A stretch of 63,653 nucleotides of DNA, counting the filler, from Reclinomonas americana ATCC 50394 (Eukaryota): NCBI GenBank assembly GCA_048213135.1. It is 15 parts of 15 records of this genome, joined end to end, with 100 filler letters (N's around TTAATTAATTAA, not from the genome) between each part and the next. Parts side by side here need not be neighbours in the genome. Positions count along the whole stretch, not along the records: positions 47,573 to 51,061 come from AFZH01020017.1; positions 51,162 to 53,703 come from AFZH01020018.1; positions 53,804 to 56,118 come from AFZH01020019.1; positions 56,219 to 62,227 come from AFZH01020020.1; positions 62,328 to 63,653 come from AFZH01020024.1; 10 more parts are not named here. One strand, written 5' to 3'. The notes beneath the pieces are model-generated. The model did not search any database. It was not told where the DNA came from and saw only the letters and a program-made list of their open reading frames with translations. The translations under genes and the position numbers were made by a program. This document shows positions 50,801 through 62,432 of this stretch, one piece after another (position 1 is the first letter of the stretch; every line of letters starts with the position of its first letter).

Positions 50801-53800
50801 TTCCTGTACCTGGCCCTCGACCTGGCGCCCGACACGGTCGACGTCAACGTGCACCCGACCAAGCGCGAAGTGCACTTTCTCAACGAGGACGAGATTGTCG
50901 AGCAGATCCAGTCGGCCGTCGAGTCGACCCTGCTCAGCTGCGACTCGTCGCGCTCGTTCTACACGCAGACGCTGCTGCCAGGGGCGTCGGGGGTGATGGT
51001 GGAGGCGGGGGAGGAGGCGGTAGGAGGAGGCGGTGGTGGTGCGGCGCCGCTAAAGAAGCGCNNNNNNNNNNNNNNNNNNNNNNNNNNNNNNNNNNNNNNN
51101 NNNNNTTAATTAATTAANNNNNNNNNNNNNNNNNNNNNNNNNNNNNNNNNNNNNNNNNNNNGGGTCGACGGTGCTGGCGCCGGGCGAGTCGACGGTGGGT
51201 GTGACGTATCCGAGTCAGATGGTGCGGGTGAATGAGCAGTCGCAGCATGGGCAGATGGAGGTGAGCGGAGTGGGGGGGAAGGGAGGGGAGGGACGGGGAA
51301 GGGGGCGGAAGGGGGAGGGAGGAAGGGGGGACAGGGGGAGAGAGAAGTATTGCGCGCAGAGTCGTCAGCGACTTCGTATTCTCACTTTCATGCCCTCTCT
51401 CCGCTCATTTCGTTCTCGCATACCCACATCTGTCAGTGATCTCTTGAGGTCTTTGTTTGCTGCTGAGACAGTTTTCCGCGCTTCTTTTCTTATCGTCTGT
51501 GACCGCATGGAAAGCTGCTTTCCTGATCTCCTTCGAAGAGAGAGAGAGTCGGAGAGATAGAGAGAAGGTGAGATCGAGAATATTTGCGACTGTGCATATG
51601 TATGTGCAGTCCCGCCCCTTTCTTCTCGGTGCATTCTCGCACGTGGTTGCTTGTATCTCTTCTTTTGTTTGAACTTTTTTCTTTCTTCTTGTCATCGTCA
51701 GCGGCCGCTTGCAAGGCTGCTCTCTGGTCTTCTGCCAAGAGAGAGAGAGGAGGAGACAAAGAGAGATAAAGAAAGATAATTGTGCTGCATTCTGCGCTCT
51801 CCACTGTCTCTACATCTACCAGTGGTCCCTTGAGGCAGTTGTTGCTACGCTGCTTGCTTCTTTGTCTTCCTTTCCCTTCTCATTTCTTCTCCTCTCATCT
51901 CTTCTCTCTCCATTCCCCTCTTCTCTTCTCCTCTCCTATCTTCTCCACTCTTCTCCTATCATCTCTTCTCTCTCCTCTCTTCTCTTTGCTGCACCCATCG
52001 TCTCTTCTCTTCACTTTTCATTTCTCTTCCACTCTTTTCTTCTCCTCTCTTCTCCTCTCTTCTCCTCTCTTCTCCTCTCTTCTCTTTTCTCCTCTTTCTC
52101 TACTCTTCACGTCTCCTCTCTTCTCCTCTCTTCTCTTCTCCTCTCCTCTCTTTTCCTCTCCTCTCTTTTCCTCTCCTCTCTTCTTCTCTCTCTTCATCGT
52201 CGGTGGTTGATTACAATGCTGCTTCTTATTCTCCTGCTGAGAAAGGGAGAGATGACTTGCGAGGCGTGCAGAGTGATCAGCGACTGCATGCTCTCTCAGT
52301 TGTGCGTGCATTCTCTCTCCTTCTTCCCTCCCCTCTCTTTGCTCATTAGCGCGCGCACATTTCCCTGTGTCTCCGCTGCCTTTGCATCTCTATTCACTAT
52401 TTCTTCTCCTGTGGGCTGCTGCCGTAGTCTCCTGCACGTGTGAGAGAGAGAGAGCGTGCTGCTAACACTCTCGCAGTTGTACACGACGGCTGGGTCGAAA
52501 AGACCAGCAACGCAGCCGGTGTCGGCAGTGCCGGTGCCGTCCAGGTGCGGATCTTGTGTCTGCTGAATGTGCGCACTGTGATGTCTCACTTGCCTGTGCA
52601 GGAAAATGCGCCGACTTGACAGCGGCGCCAGCACGGCCTCGGCATCGTCGGCTGGCAAGGAGGATGACTTGGAGAGTGTGCGCGGGATACTACAGTCGAT
52701 TGCCGAGGCGACGCACCCTGGTTCGTTATCTCACGAAAATCAATCATCTCGTGACGCGTACGGTTGCTTGCGTATCATCTGCGCTTGTGGTCTCTCCGTC
52801 ACATCTTGCTCACTTCCATCCATTCTCCCGTGGAACACCATCTTAGTTGCATCCCGTTGTCGACATCTTCCTCACCACATGTGCTGTCTCTCTCTGTCTC
52901 TCTTGCTCTCCGCTCTGCTTCAATCCTCTGTTGGATCACCGTCTGCACTTGCATCTTGTTGGCGACGTCTTCGTCACTCACAAACGTGCTGTCTCTCTTT
53001 CTTTCTCTCTCTTTCTCTCTCTGTCTCTCTTGCTCTCTGCTCTGCCTCATTCCCCTGTTGGATCGCCGTCTGCACTTGCATCTCGTTCACAACGTCATTC
53101 TCGCCGTCTGTTCTGTTTTCACTCTCACATGTGTTCTCTCTCTATCTCTCTTGCTCTCCGCTCTGTTTCGTTCCTCTGGTTGATCGCCGTCTGCACTTGC
53201 ATCTTGTTGGCGACGTCATTCTTGCCGCTGTTCTATTTTCTACTCTCACATGTGCACTCTCTCTCTCTCTCTCCCTCTCTTGCTTACCTACTCGTCTCTT
53301 TTTTTTCCTGTGGAACGCCGTCTGGATTTATGCTCACTTCTGTCTCTGGCACGACAATCTGATTCCTCTATCTTGAGCTCTCCATTTCTTTCTTGCAAGC
53401 TGTGTCGCGCCAGTGGCTCCCAGAACAATCATGTGTTGCTTCTTCTCGTTTGCAGTCTGTGCATTTTCATCTTCCTCTCGCATGCGTGTGATTATTAGGA
53501 GACTAGCAAATTTTGAGGGTTGCATCAAGTGTGTTTGACTCATTGCCGGAGCTGCATTGCTCGTTAGTCGTCTCCCTTCTCCTCCCTCACCTCCCTTCTC
53601 TCCCTCACCTCCCTTCTCCTCCCTCACCTCCCTTCTCCTCCCTTTTCCTCCCTTCTCCTCCCTTCTCCTCCCTTCTCCTCCCTTCTCCTCCCTTCTCCTC
53701 CCTNNNNNNNNNNNNNNNNNNNNNNNNNNNNNNNNNNNNNNNNNNNNTTAATTAATTAANNNNNNNNNNNNNNNNNNNNNNNNNNNNNNNNNNNNNNNNN

Positions 53801-55031
53801 NNNCACCTCCCTTCTCCTCCCTCACCTCCCTTCTCCTCCCTCACCTCCCTTACCCTTCCCCCCTTGCCGCAGAGATTCAAGAACTCTTCCGCCGCCACGT
53901 CTTCGTCGGCTGGATCAACAGCCAACTATCCGCCATCCAGTATCAGACTCGACTGTACGTGGTAAACATGTGTGCCGTGAGGTGCGTGGTTAAACGCTGC
54001 TGCTCTTCCCTTTGCCATCATTAGTCTCACCCCCACCCCCAGCAAACACCTCTTCTATCAGCTGGTATTCCGCAAGTTTGGCGAGTTTTCACCGATTGAG
54101 TTCGCCAAGCCGGTGCCGATTGACGAGCTGATCGACATGGCGCTCGACGTGCCGTCGGTTGGCTTCTCGGTGGCGCAGTTTGGTGATCGAGTGGCTGTTG
54201 TCAAGGTGTCTAAGAATTTACTTTCAATCATCTTCCTTTCTCTCTCTCCCTCTGACCCCTTTGCCCCCTTTTGCTCACCTACGCTCTACGTAGTACATGG
54301 GCGACCAGCTGATGGCCCAGCGCGAGCTGCTGGCCGAGCACTTTCGCATCTGCATCAACGAGTCGCGCGAGTTGGTATCCATTCCGCAACTGGTGGACAA
54401 GTACGTGCCACCGCTCCGCCGCCTGCCATTGTTCGTCTTGCGCTTGGTGACAGAGGTGTGCATGCCACGTGCCTCTGGCAAGGGAGATCGCCTTCTGTCT
54501 GACACTTGTGTGCAGGTGGAATGGGGCTACGAGCAGGACTGCTTCGAGAACATTGCGAGGGAGATTGCCGATTTCTACGCCATTCCTGCGTCGCTGGAGG
54601 CGGGTGATGGTGGGGCGCCGTCGTCGTCGTCGTCGTCGACAACAACGACAACCACGACCGCGACTACGACGACAGCTGCAGCAGCAGCGGGTGAGGCGGC
54701 GGAGGAGCCAGTGGATGTGGATGCGATGGAAGAGGATGAGAGTGTGCAGCCTGGTGAGTGTGTGAGGGGGTGGGTAGAGAAGGAGAGTAGCGATGAGGGA
54801 AGTCTCACTTCTGCGCCCTCAGTGCTCACCCAATCGACGGTCTTCCAACAACACTCGCTGCTGACGGGCGGCGGCGAAGGGGGCGAGCGGGCACTGCGCT
54901 TTCTCACCCAGCACGTGATTCTGCCATCGTGTCGACTGTCGTTGCAGCCGCCAAAGCAGATGAGCACGGATGGGTCGTTGCTGGAGGTGGCGCGGTTAGA
55001 GAACTTGTACAAGGTGTTTGAGAGGTGTTGA
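47801..55031 (+). CDS. MLH1: DNA mismatch repair protein MLH1 (multi-exon, spans two spacers)
   Basis: [81 protein letters not shown], and the diagnostic C-terminus [11 protein letters not shown]. Confidence 0.98.
49340..50050. repeat. Intronic tandem repeat (~110-125 bp units) in MLH1
   Basis: GT(C/G)AACT(C/G)GACAGT(T/C)CATTTGATACC near 49376, 49504, 49613 and 49831. TCTAAATCACGCATTCGACAGTTCATTTTCTCTCCTATTCTCGATTCATTTCACCCTC is duplicated near 49725 and 49945. Confidence 0.85.
52900..53230. repeat. Intronic tandem repeat (3 units, ~125 bp) in MLH1
   Basis: GATC(A/G)CCGTCTGCACTTGCATCT near 52934, 53061 and 53182. Confidence 0.85.
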
Positions 55032-55210
55032 TAATGCAGTGGAATGAGATAAGGAAGGTTGTGGGAGAAGAAGTTGTGTTAAGGTGGAATTAGAGGGTGG
55101 GCTTCTTCACTCTCCTGTTTCTTCTGTTAGCCTTCTCACTGTTGCGTGTGCGAGTGTTTTTAGTCAGCGGCCACGTGGTTTTATCGGGTTGTATCCCTTC
55201 AGTTGCGGCA

Positions 55211-55370
55211 TTGACCCTTGGCCTGTAACCCTTGTAGTTTGACCCTCCACCCTCAACCCTTGAGTGTCGACCCTCGACCCTCGACCCTCAACCCTCGACT
55301 GTCAACCCTTGGCTCTCGACCCTCAACCCTCAACCCTCAACGCGTGACCCTTGGCCGTCGACTGACCCTG
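55211..55370. repeat. Degenerate heptamer array (AACCCTC/GACCCTC), telomere-like
   Basis: ...GACCCTCCACCCTCAACCCTT...GACCCTCGACCCTCGACCCTCAACCCTC...GACCCTCAACCCTCAACCCTCAAC, just 3' of MLH1. Confidence 0.7.
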
Positions 55371-56006
55371 CGATTTGGTCTGCTGAGCTGACCACTGCCG
55401 CCCACTCAGCAACGTTACGGATCGAGGTGAACGTCAGCTACACGTAATACGGAACCAGTTGCAGGGCTGCTTGGTGCTTCCTCCTTGTGTACTGCCCAAC
55501 TCTGTACGCTCTGCAGCCTGATACCTAGACCCGGAGGAAGGCATCGACGTCAAGAGTATGCGTCTTCTGGAGGTCACTGCTGACAAATTCTTCTCCCTGG
55601 CCTGGTGACCGTGTGTCCTGAATAGGGCTTTTGCTCAGCATCTCTAACACACTTGTAGCAGGAGAGAACAAGACTTGATGGCGATGCTTGTGGAGGATAA
55701 CAAGTGAAGTTTCTTATCATGAGGTCAAAACGGCCGCTGGAAATACAGTATTGGTGAGGCGCAAGGTGCCCCGAGTTGCCATAATGGCAAGGTTGAACAA
55801 CAGAACACGTTCAGCGCACACTTCACGTGCCACTCGAGGCACAACTTCCGGTCCCAGTGCATGTGCAGGACACGCTTTGTGACGCAACACACCAGCGAGG
55901 CACTCTTCAGTTGTCTTCTCTCTGCCTTTGCCTTGCTCCTCCTCCTCTTCACCTTGTGCATCACTGAGCAAACAAGTGCGTGCGTGTAAAGGACATTGCG
56001 CAAGAC

Positions 56007-59000
56007 ATGGACGGGTGCGTCACACTCACTCACTTGTTGTCTCTCTCTCTCTCTCTCTTTCTCCTCTCTTACACTATGGTGACTCAGACGACCACCTCCG
56101 CCTCCTCCTCCGCATATGNNNNNNNNNNNNNNNNNNNNNNNNNNNNNNNNNNNNNNNNNNNNTTAATTAATTAANNNNNNNNNNNNNNNNNNNNNNNNNN
56201 NNNNNNNNNNNNNNNNNNGCTCTCTCATTGCCTTTCTTTTCTGCCCTCTCGCACTGACTCCTCTCCTCCCTTCCTCCTTCCCATTGCTTGCCTCTTGCTC
56301 TCCTGTTCACTTCGTCTCTCTCTCGCATACTTTCCCTTGCGCTCACCCATTCCGCACATCCACATCACTCCATCGATGTGGTTTTCTCTTTCCTCCTCTC
56401 CCTCCACCGCTCACTCCTTGTTCTCCCTTCTCTCTTTCCCCCTCATATGCTCTCTCTCCCTTGCCCTCCCCTCTCCTTCTCATAGGTCACGCCTTGTCTC
56501 TCCCTCGGTCGCCCTTCCATCCATTTTTCTTCGCTCTTTCCTTCTGTGCTCTCTCACTCACTTCTCCTCTCCATCTTTCCCTTCTTCCCTCCCTCCACCG
56601 CACACTGTTTGTTCTCTTTTTTTCTCCCTTCTTCCCATCTCTTACTCTCTCCCCCTTCTTCTTCTCCTCTCCCCCCACAGCCACCCATGGTCGCCGCACC
56701 ATACGGCATGCAACCCATGATGGGCGGCCCTGGCGGCATGCTTCCCGCTCCACCAATGCATAGACCACCCCCGCCCCCGCCTCCTGCTGCTGCTGCTGCT
56801 GCTGCTAATGCTGGTCCCACTGGTGCGCCTCCCGGTCACATGTATGGTGCGTATGTCGTGAACTGTGAGCGGTGACTGCGCGCTGTTGTTCATTGTGTTG
56901 CGCAGGGTGCGTGCGAGGAAGAGGAGAAGAGAGAATAGTCCTCTGTGAGAGAGAGAGAGAGAGAGAGACAGAGACTCTGTGTGCATGTCTGTCAGAGTTT
57001 GTGCCCGTGTTGCCCCCACTTCTCATTTGCGTCCATTTCCGTGTTGCAGAGCAATGCCCATGATGCCGCAAGGTTTGACTCTCTGTTCGTGTTTGTCCTC
57101 TCGCTTGAGCTGACTGTTGTGTGGATGGCAGGCTTCCCGCCAGCAATGGGCATGGTGCGACTGTGCGTATCAATTGTCACTGTTTGTGCATTCTCCTGGC
57201 TAACGTGTTGCACAGGCGGCTGGTCGTGGCGACGGTTTGCTGCCTGCACCGACTCATCCGGCAGGATCGGTGTGTGAGGGGGGAGGAGAATGGGAGGAGG
57301 AGAAAGAGGGATGATAAGGATGCAAGGAACAGTCTGAAAGCAGGAAGGGAATGGGAAAGGCAACGAGAATTGGAGGAGGCATGTGGATGCGATTGAAGGA
57401 GTTGAGATAGGAGCAGTGGGAGAACAGGAAGTGAGAAGACAGAGGAACAGTGTGCAGGGCAAGAGCAGGGGAACGGCAGGAATTTGCTTCCCCTCTGTCC
57501 TCCCGACTTTCGCCCTCTTGTTCCCTTCGCATCTCTTTCACCTTCTCTTCTCTCTTCCCCTCTCCCTTCCCCTCTCTCTTCTCCTCTCCCTTCCCCTCTC
57601 CCTTCCCCTTCCTTTCTTCTCTTTCTCTCCTCATGCGGACAATACGCGCTTTCTGTTACTCTCTTCTATTCCCTTCGTCGCCGTTCTTTCGATTCGCTCT
57701 CTTTCCGTTCCCCCTCCTCTTCCTTTCTTTACCTTTCTTGGCCTGCTCTCCCCTCTCTTTTCCCCGTTGCTCCCCCCTCTCTTTTCCCCGTCTCACCCCT
57801 CACCCCTCCCTCCCCCTTCCTTTCTCCCTCTTCCTTCCCCTTTTTTTCCTTTGCTTCCTTCCCTCGCCCATCTCCTTCCCCCTTTCCCCCCCTCCTCCCC
57901 CGTCTCACCCCTTCCCCCTCCCTCCCCCCTCTCCCTTCCCTCCCCCCTCGCAGTCCCGACCACCACCCCCTCCCACACCCCCTCCACCCTCCATGCCCCA
58001 CGGCGCTGGCGGCCCCATGATGATGATGCCCGTCGATCCCATCCAGCAGCAGATTCGCATGGCCCACGAAGCCTACCAACAGCGCGCCGCCGCTCACCAC
58101 GCGGAATCGTTGCGTTCTGCGGCTTGCCGTGCGAGCGATATTGCCATTTTCCTCATTGCTGGTTCCTACAGCGCCGACCCAGCAACCGCGTGGACCAAGC
58201 ACAGCGCCGGCGAGAATGTGTTTTACTTCTTCAACACAGTGACGAGGGAGTCACGATGGGACAGACCGGAGGGTTATCGGGAGGTTTGTGCAAGTGGGTG
58301 AGGGAGAGGGAGAGAGAGAGGGAGAGGAAGAGAGAAACCCGGCCAATCTATTATGTTTTCGCCCGCCTTGTGCTCTTCGTTTCTCTTTTACTTTCCTGTC
58401 GCATCCTTTCCCCACCATTTCCCATGTCCCCTCATTCCCACGGCATGTGTGGGGATTGCAAGAAGAATAGGACGGCCAGCAAAAAGGGACCCTTGGCATT
58501 GTCCATGTGCCTCGTCTCAATTGCGTGATATCTTGTGGCCCGTTGCGAGTCACATGCAAATCTGTCTTGTCTGTCCCTCTCCCTTAATTTTCCCTTGTTT
58601 ACCGCTTTCTCGCTATGTATCTGGGGATTCTACGAGGAAGAAGTCGGGCAGCAGAGACAGAAGCTTGGAATTGTTCAGCCTGAGAAGTGCAGCTGTGTAT
58701 GTCTTCTGGCTAGTTGGGGGATGTACAAATCTGTCACGCATTTTCTCCATTCTGGTGTTTTCTGCCAGTTCCTGTTACTGCCGTGCCATTCCCCTCACCG
58801 TTTCCCATGTTGCTCCTTTCTCGCGCGGTGTTTGGAGATCGTAGTAGAAAGTCCAGCAGCAGAGAGATACGCTGCCAATCTGCTACTCTTGGCGACTTCT
58901 TTCCTTCCTTGTGTACTATTCTCCCTTCCCCTCTCCCATTCTTTCCTTGTTCACCTCTTCTCCTGCACTTGTGCGGGATTGGAATGGGAAGTGGTCGCGC

Positions 59001-62000
59001 AGCAGAAACAGAGAGACCTTGCCAGTCAATCATTCACATCCTCCTTCCTTGTTTTCTTGCCTTTCCTCTCCCTTTCCTCTCCCTCTCCTCTCCCTTCCCC
59101 TCTCCCTCCCCTCCCTCTTCTCTTCTCCCTTCCCCTTACTCTTCCTTCCCTCTCCTCTCCCTCCATTCACCTCCCTCCCTCCCTATTCAGCCTGGAACCG
59201 CCGCCGCCCCCGCCACCACCGCCGCCCCCTCCCCCTCCAAATCCAAAAAGAAAAAGCCAAAGCCCATCGCCTCGTTTCGTCCCTCCTCCTACCCTCTCTC
59301 TCTCGCCTCTTTGCTCCTCACCCACCCTTTACCCCTCTTGGCAGCGACAAGATCGACGGCACCGACTGGCTCCTCATCACCCTCGACGACGGCCGCAAGT
59401 ACTACTACAACAAGATCACCAAGCTGCCGTCGTGGGAGGTGCCCGACGAGGTGGCCATGGTGCAGGCCTCGATGCTCATGGACGAGGAGCCGCCTGGTGA
59501 GGGGTTGTAGAGAAGGGCGATTGTGGTGATTCGCATGCTCATTACCACGCAGCGAGCGACGCAGCTGTCGTGTCCCACAAGCGAGCGGCAGAGGCCGGTG
59601 ACGACGGTGACGGTGCCCCGCCGCAAAAGAAACGGAAGACCAGGTGTGTGTCGAGGGTTTGAGATCTGAGTCTCACTTTTCTTCTCCTGGTTTCCTCTGC
59701 GTCTCTTCCGCGTTTCTCTCTTTTTGTCCTCGTGAGTTCCTCCGCAATTCTCTTCTTCTCCGTATCACTCTCACGTTTCTTCTCTTCTCCCTCATCTTCT
59801 TTTCTGCTTCGCAGTGGCGACGGCTCGGATAGTGAGGGACGCGAGGAAGGCGAGGATGATGAAGAGGAGGGCGCCGTGCACGAACCGGGTGAGCGCGCCG
59901 ACTCGCTCACGCTGGAGGAGCGCAAGGAGATCTTTAGGGTATGTCCGGATCGACCTCTCTCGAATCTCCTTTCCTCTCTCACCCCCTTCTCCTCCAATCG
60001 CAGGGTCTGCTGCGCGACAAGAAAGTGCTGCCTTTCTCGGAATACAACAAGGAGCTGCCGAAATTCATCTACGATCCGCGCTACAAGAGTTGCGGCAGCA
60101 TAGAGTGCATGCCCCTCCTTCAGCCCTTCTGCACACTCACGCGCACGCAGTCCTGCCCAAGCAATCCGACCGCACGGCCGTCTTCGAGGCCTTTGTCAAG
60201 ACGCGCGCGCTCGATCTGGAAAAAGAGGACGCCGAGCGTCGCAAGGCCGCCTCCAGCGAGTTCGAGGAGCTGCTGCGTGGCGCGCAACTGACCGGCAGCT
60301 CGCAGTACGGCGAGTTTTGTGACGTGCATCGCAATGATCCGCGTTTCCAGTCGGTGTCGTCGAGGAAGCGCGAGCAGTTGTTTGCCGAGTTTGTCGATGC
60401 CCTGGCCAAGGAGGAGGAGAAGAGTGCGGAGAAGGGGAAGGGAAGAAGAGGGGAAGGGGTATGGGGGAGGGGAGGGAGGGAGGGAGAGAGAGAGAGAGAG
60501 AGCAGAGAAAAGAGAAAAGAGATGTCGCATTGAGAGGCTTCATGTTTCGACTCGATTGGGTAGCAATCGACGACTCGTGTCGACTGTGGGATGGTTGCGC
60601 TCTTTGTTGTGTAGAAGTGTTGAACTGATTGGTTGCATGTCGCTTCTCGATTGAGAAGCGAACGTGTCAACGTTAGGACCCTTCGTATTCTTCGTTGTGT
60701 AGAGGTGTAGAGATGAGCAGCTGCACGATGCCTCCCGAGTGAGAGGCAACATAGGAGTTTTATCACTATTGTGCCTTTTGTTGTGAAGCAGTGTTGGGCT
60801 GCATCTCGCTTCGTGAGTGCGAAAGCGCGATTTGTATCAACGCTGCTGCTTTTTGTACTTCGCTCTCGGCTCTGTTGTTTTTTCGTGTCCGTCTGGCTGT
60901 TTCTCAACTCTCACAATGCGTGCCTTAAAGTCCTCGCAGATATCTTTCCAGTTCTGTCTCTCCCATTCTCTTGTCTACGATTTGTTGTTCTCGCTGCATT
61001 CTGGTCAGCTAGTTGTTCTGTCTCTCCATACTTTCGTCATTGTTTCTTCCTCTTGCGATCAGTGCCAGTTCTGTCCACTAAGGTCTGTGCATGGATTAAT
61101 TGTGTTAGTGCACGCGTCTAAGTCTCCCCATGTCGATTTTGCCTTTCCGTTTCATTCAAGTGCTACGCGTGGTTGTCACTCCCTGTTCACTCTGTTGCTG
61201 TATTTGCATCTGTCTTTTCGTCTTCACCATTAACACCCTCTTCCCCCCTTCCTCCCCTTCCCCTTTCCCCCTTCTCTCCCTTCTCCCTATTCACAGAGAG
61301 AAAGAAGGAGCTCGAAAAAGGCAAGGCCCCCTTCCTCGACCTCCTGCGCGAAAAGGGCAAGGTGCAGTACGACTCGCGCTGGTCCCACGTCAAGGAACGC
61401 ATCCGCGACGACCGTCGCTACGAGCTGCTCTCCAAGACCACACGGGAGATGGTATTCGACGAGTTCATCAAGCACCTCCGCATGAGGAGAGAGGAGGAGA
61501 AGAAGTCGCTGCAGAGGTGAGTCTCCGAAGAGTGGCAAGCTGCTCTTGGTGGTGGCTAAATATCTTCTTGTGCTTTACAGACTAAAGGATCGCGAAGACT
61601 CGATCCGCAGTCAGAAAGAGCAGGACATGGTGGAGAAGGAGCGGGCGCTGGAGGATCAGCGGAAGAAGAGTGCCGAGTCGGATTTCATTGCCCTGCTTAA
61701 GGAGAAGGTGCAGGTGGACACGGTGCGTAAGGGGCGAAGGGGGGAAAAGGGGGAAGGGATCCTTCTCTCTTCTCTGCATTCATTCGCTTCCCCTTTATTC
61801 CCCTTCTCCCAGAAACCATGGGAGGAATGGCGCCCGGTGCTCCAGCGCGACTCCCGCTTCCGGAACGAGCACTTGGGCACCGATCGCGACAAGGAGGCGC
61901 TGTTTGACCTGCATGTCACCGAGCTACGCGAGTTGTGGGAGACAATCTTTGCCAAGTTGGTGGGCACGGTGGATTTGCACTTGGACAGCAAGTGGTCCGA

Positions 62001-62030
62001 GGTGCGCCAGCAGATTGAGAGTGATGAAAG
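56007..62030 (+). CDS. TCERG1: TCERG1/CA150 (PRP40C-like) WW- and FF-domain splicing/transcription factor, 3'-partial
   Basis: Pro/Met/Gly-rich N-terminus (start MDG-RPPPP is inferred). WW domains AWTKHSAGENVFYFFNTVTRESRWDRP and IDGTDWLLITLDDGRKYYYNKITKLPSWEVP. FF1 reads LEERKEIFRGLLRDKKVLPFSEYNKELPKFIYDPRYKILPKQSDRTAVFEAFV, followed by further FF repeats. Confidence 0.88.
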
Positions 62031-62075
62031 GTGAGGGCGCTGGAAGGGAAGGGGTATTTGGAGATGGGAGAGAGA

Positions 62076-62136
<61 letters not shown>

Positions 62137-62327
62137 GAGACGGACGGACGACGTACGTCGTTCGTTCGTTCGTTCGTACGTACGTACGTAGTACGTACGT
62201 ACGTAAGTAAGGTGGTACGGTAGGTACNNNNNNNNNNNNNNNNNNNNNNNNNNNNNNNNNNNNNNNNNNNNTTAATTAATTAANNNNNNNNNNNNNNNNN
62301 NNNNNNNNNNNNNNNNNNNNNNNNNNN

Positions 62328-62432
62328 GACGAGGCCGAGGGCTGCGGCTCGGCACCCGACTTTCGGCTTTCCTGGCAGGAGTTTCGTCTCCTGCGGGCCG
62401 AGCTCCGTCGTCTGAAAGGTTCCGCGGCGTGA
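62328..62432 (+). CDS. 3' end of a bacterial/phage ORF whose stop overlaps the transposase start (GTGA)
   Basis: DEAEGCGSAPDFRLSWQEFRLLRAELRRLKGSAA*. Its TGA overlaps the GTG at 62429, as in translational coupling. Confidence 0.5.
   Translation, partial: DEAEGCGSAPDFRLSWQEFRLLRAELRRLKGSAA

Noticed and set aside
55380..56000. Possible small ORF or ncRNA between MLH1 and TCERG1
   Set aside because: No recognisable snRNA/tRNA motif or protein signature by eye. An Infernal/Rfam scan would be needed.
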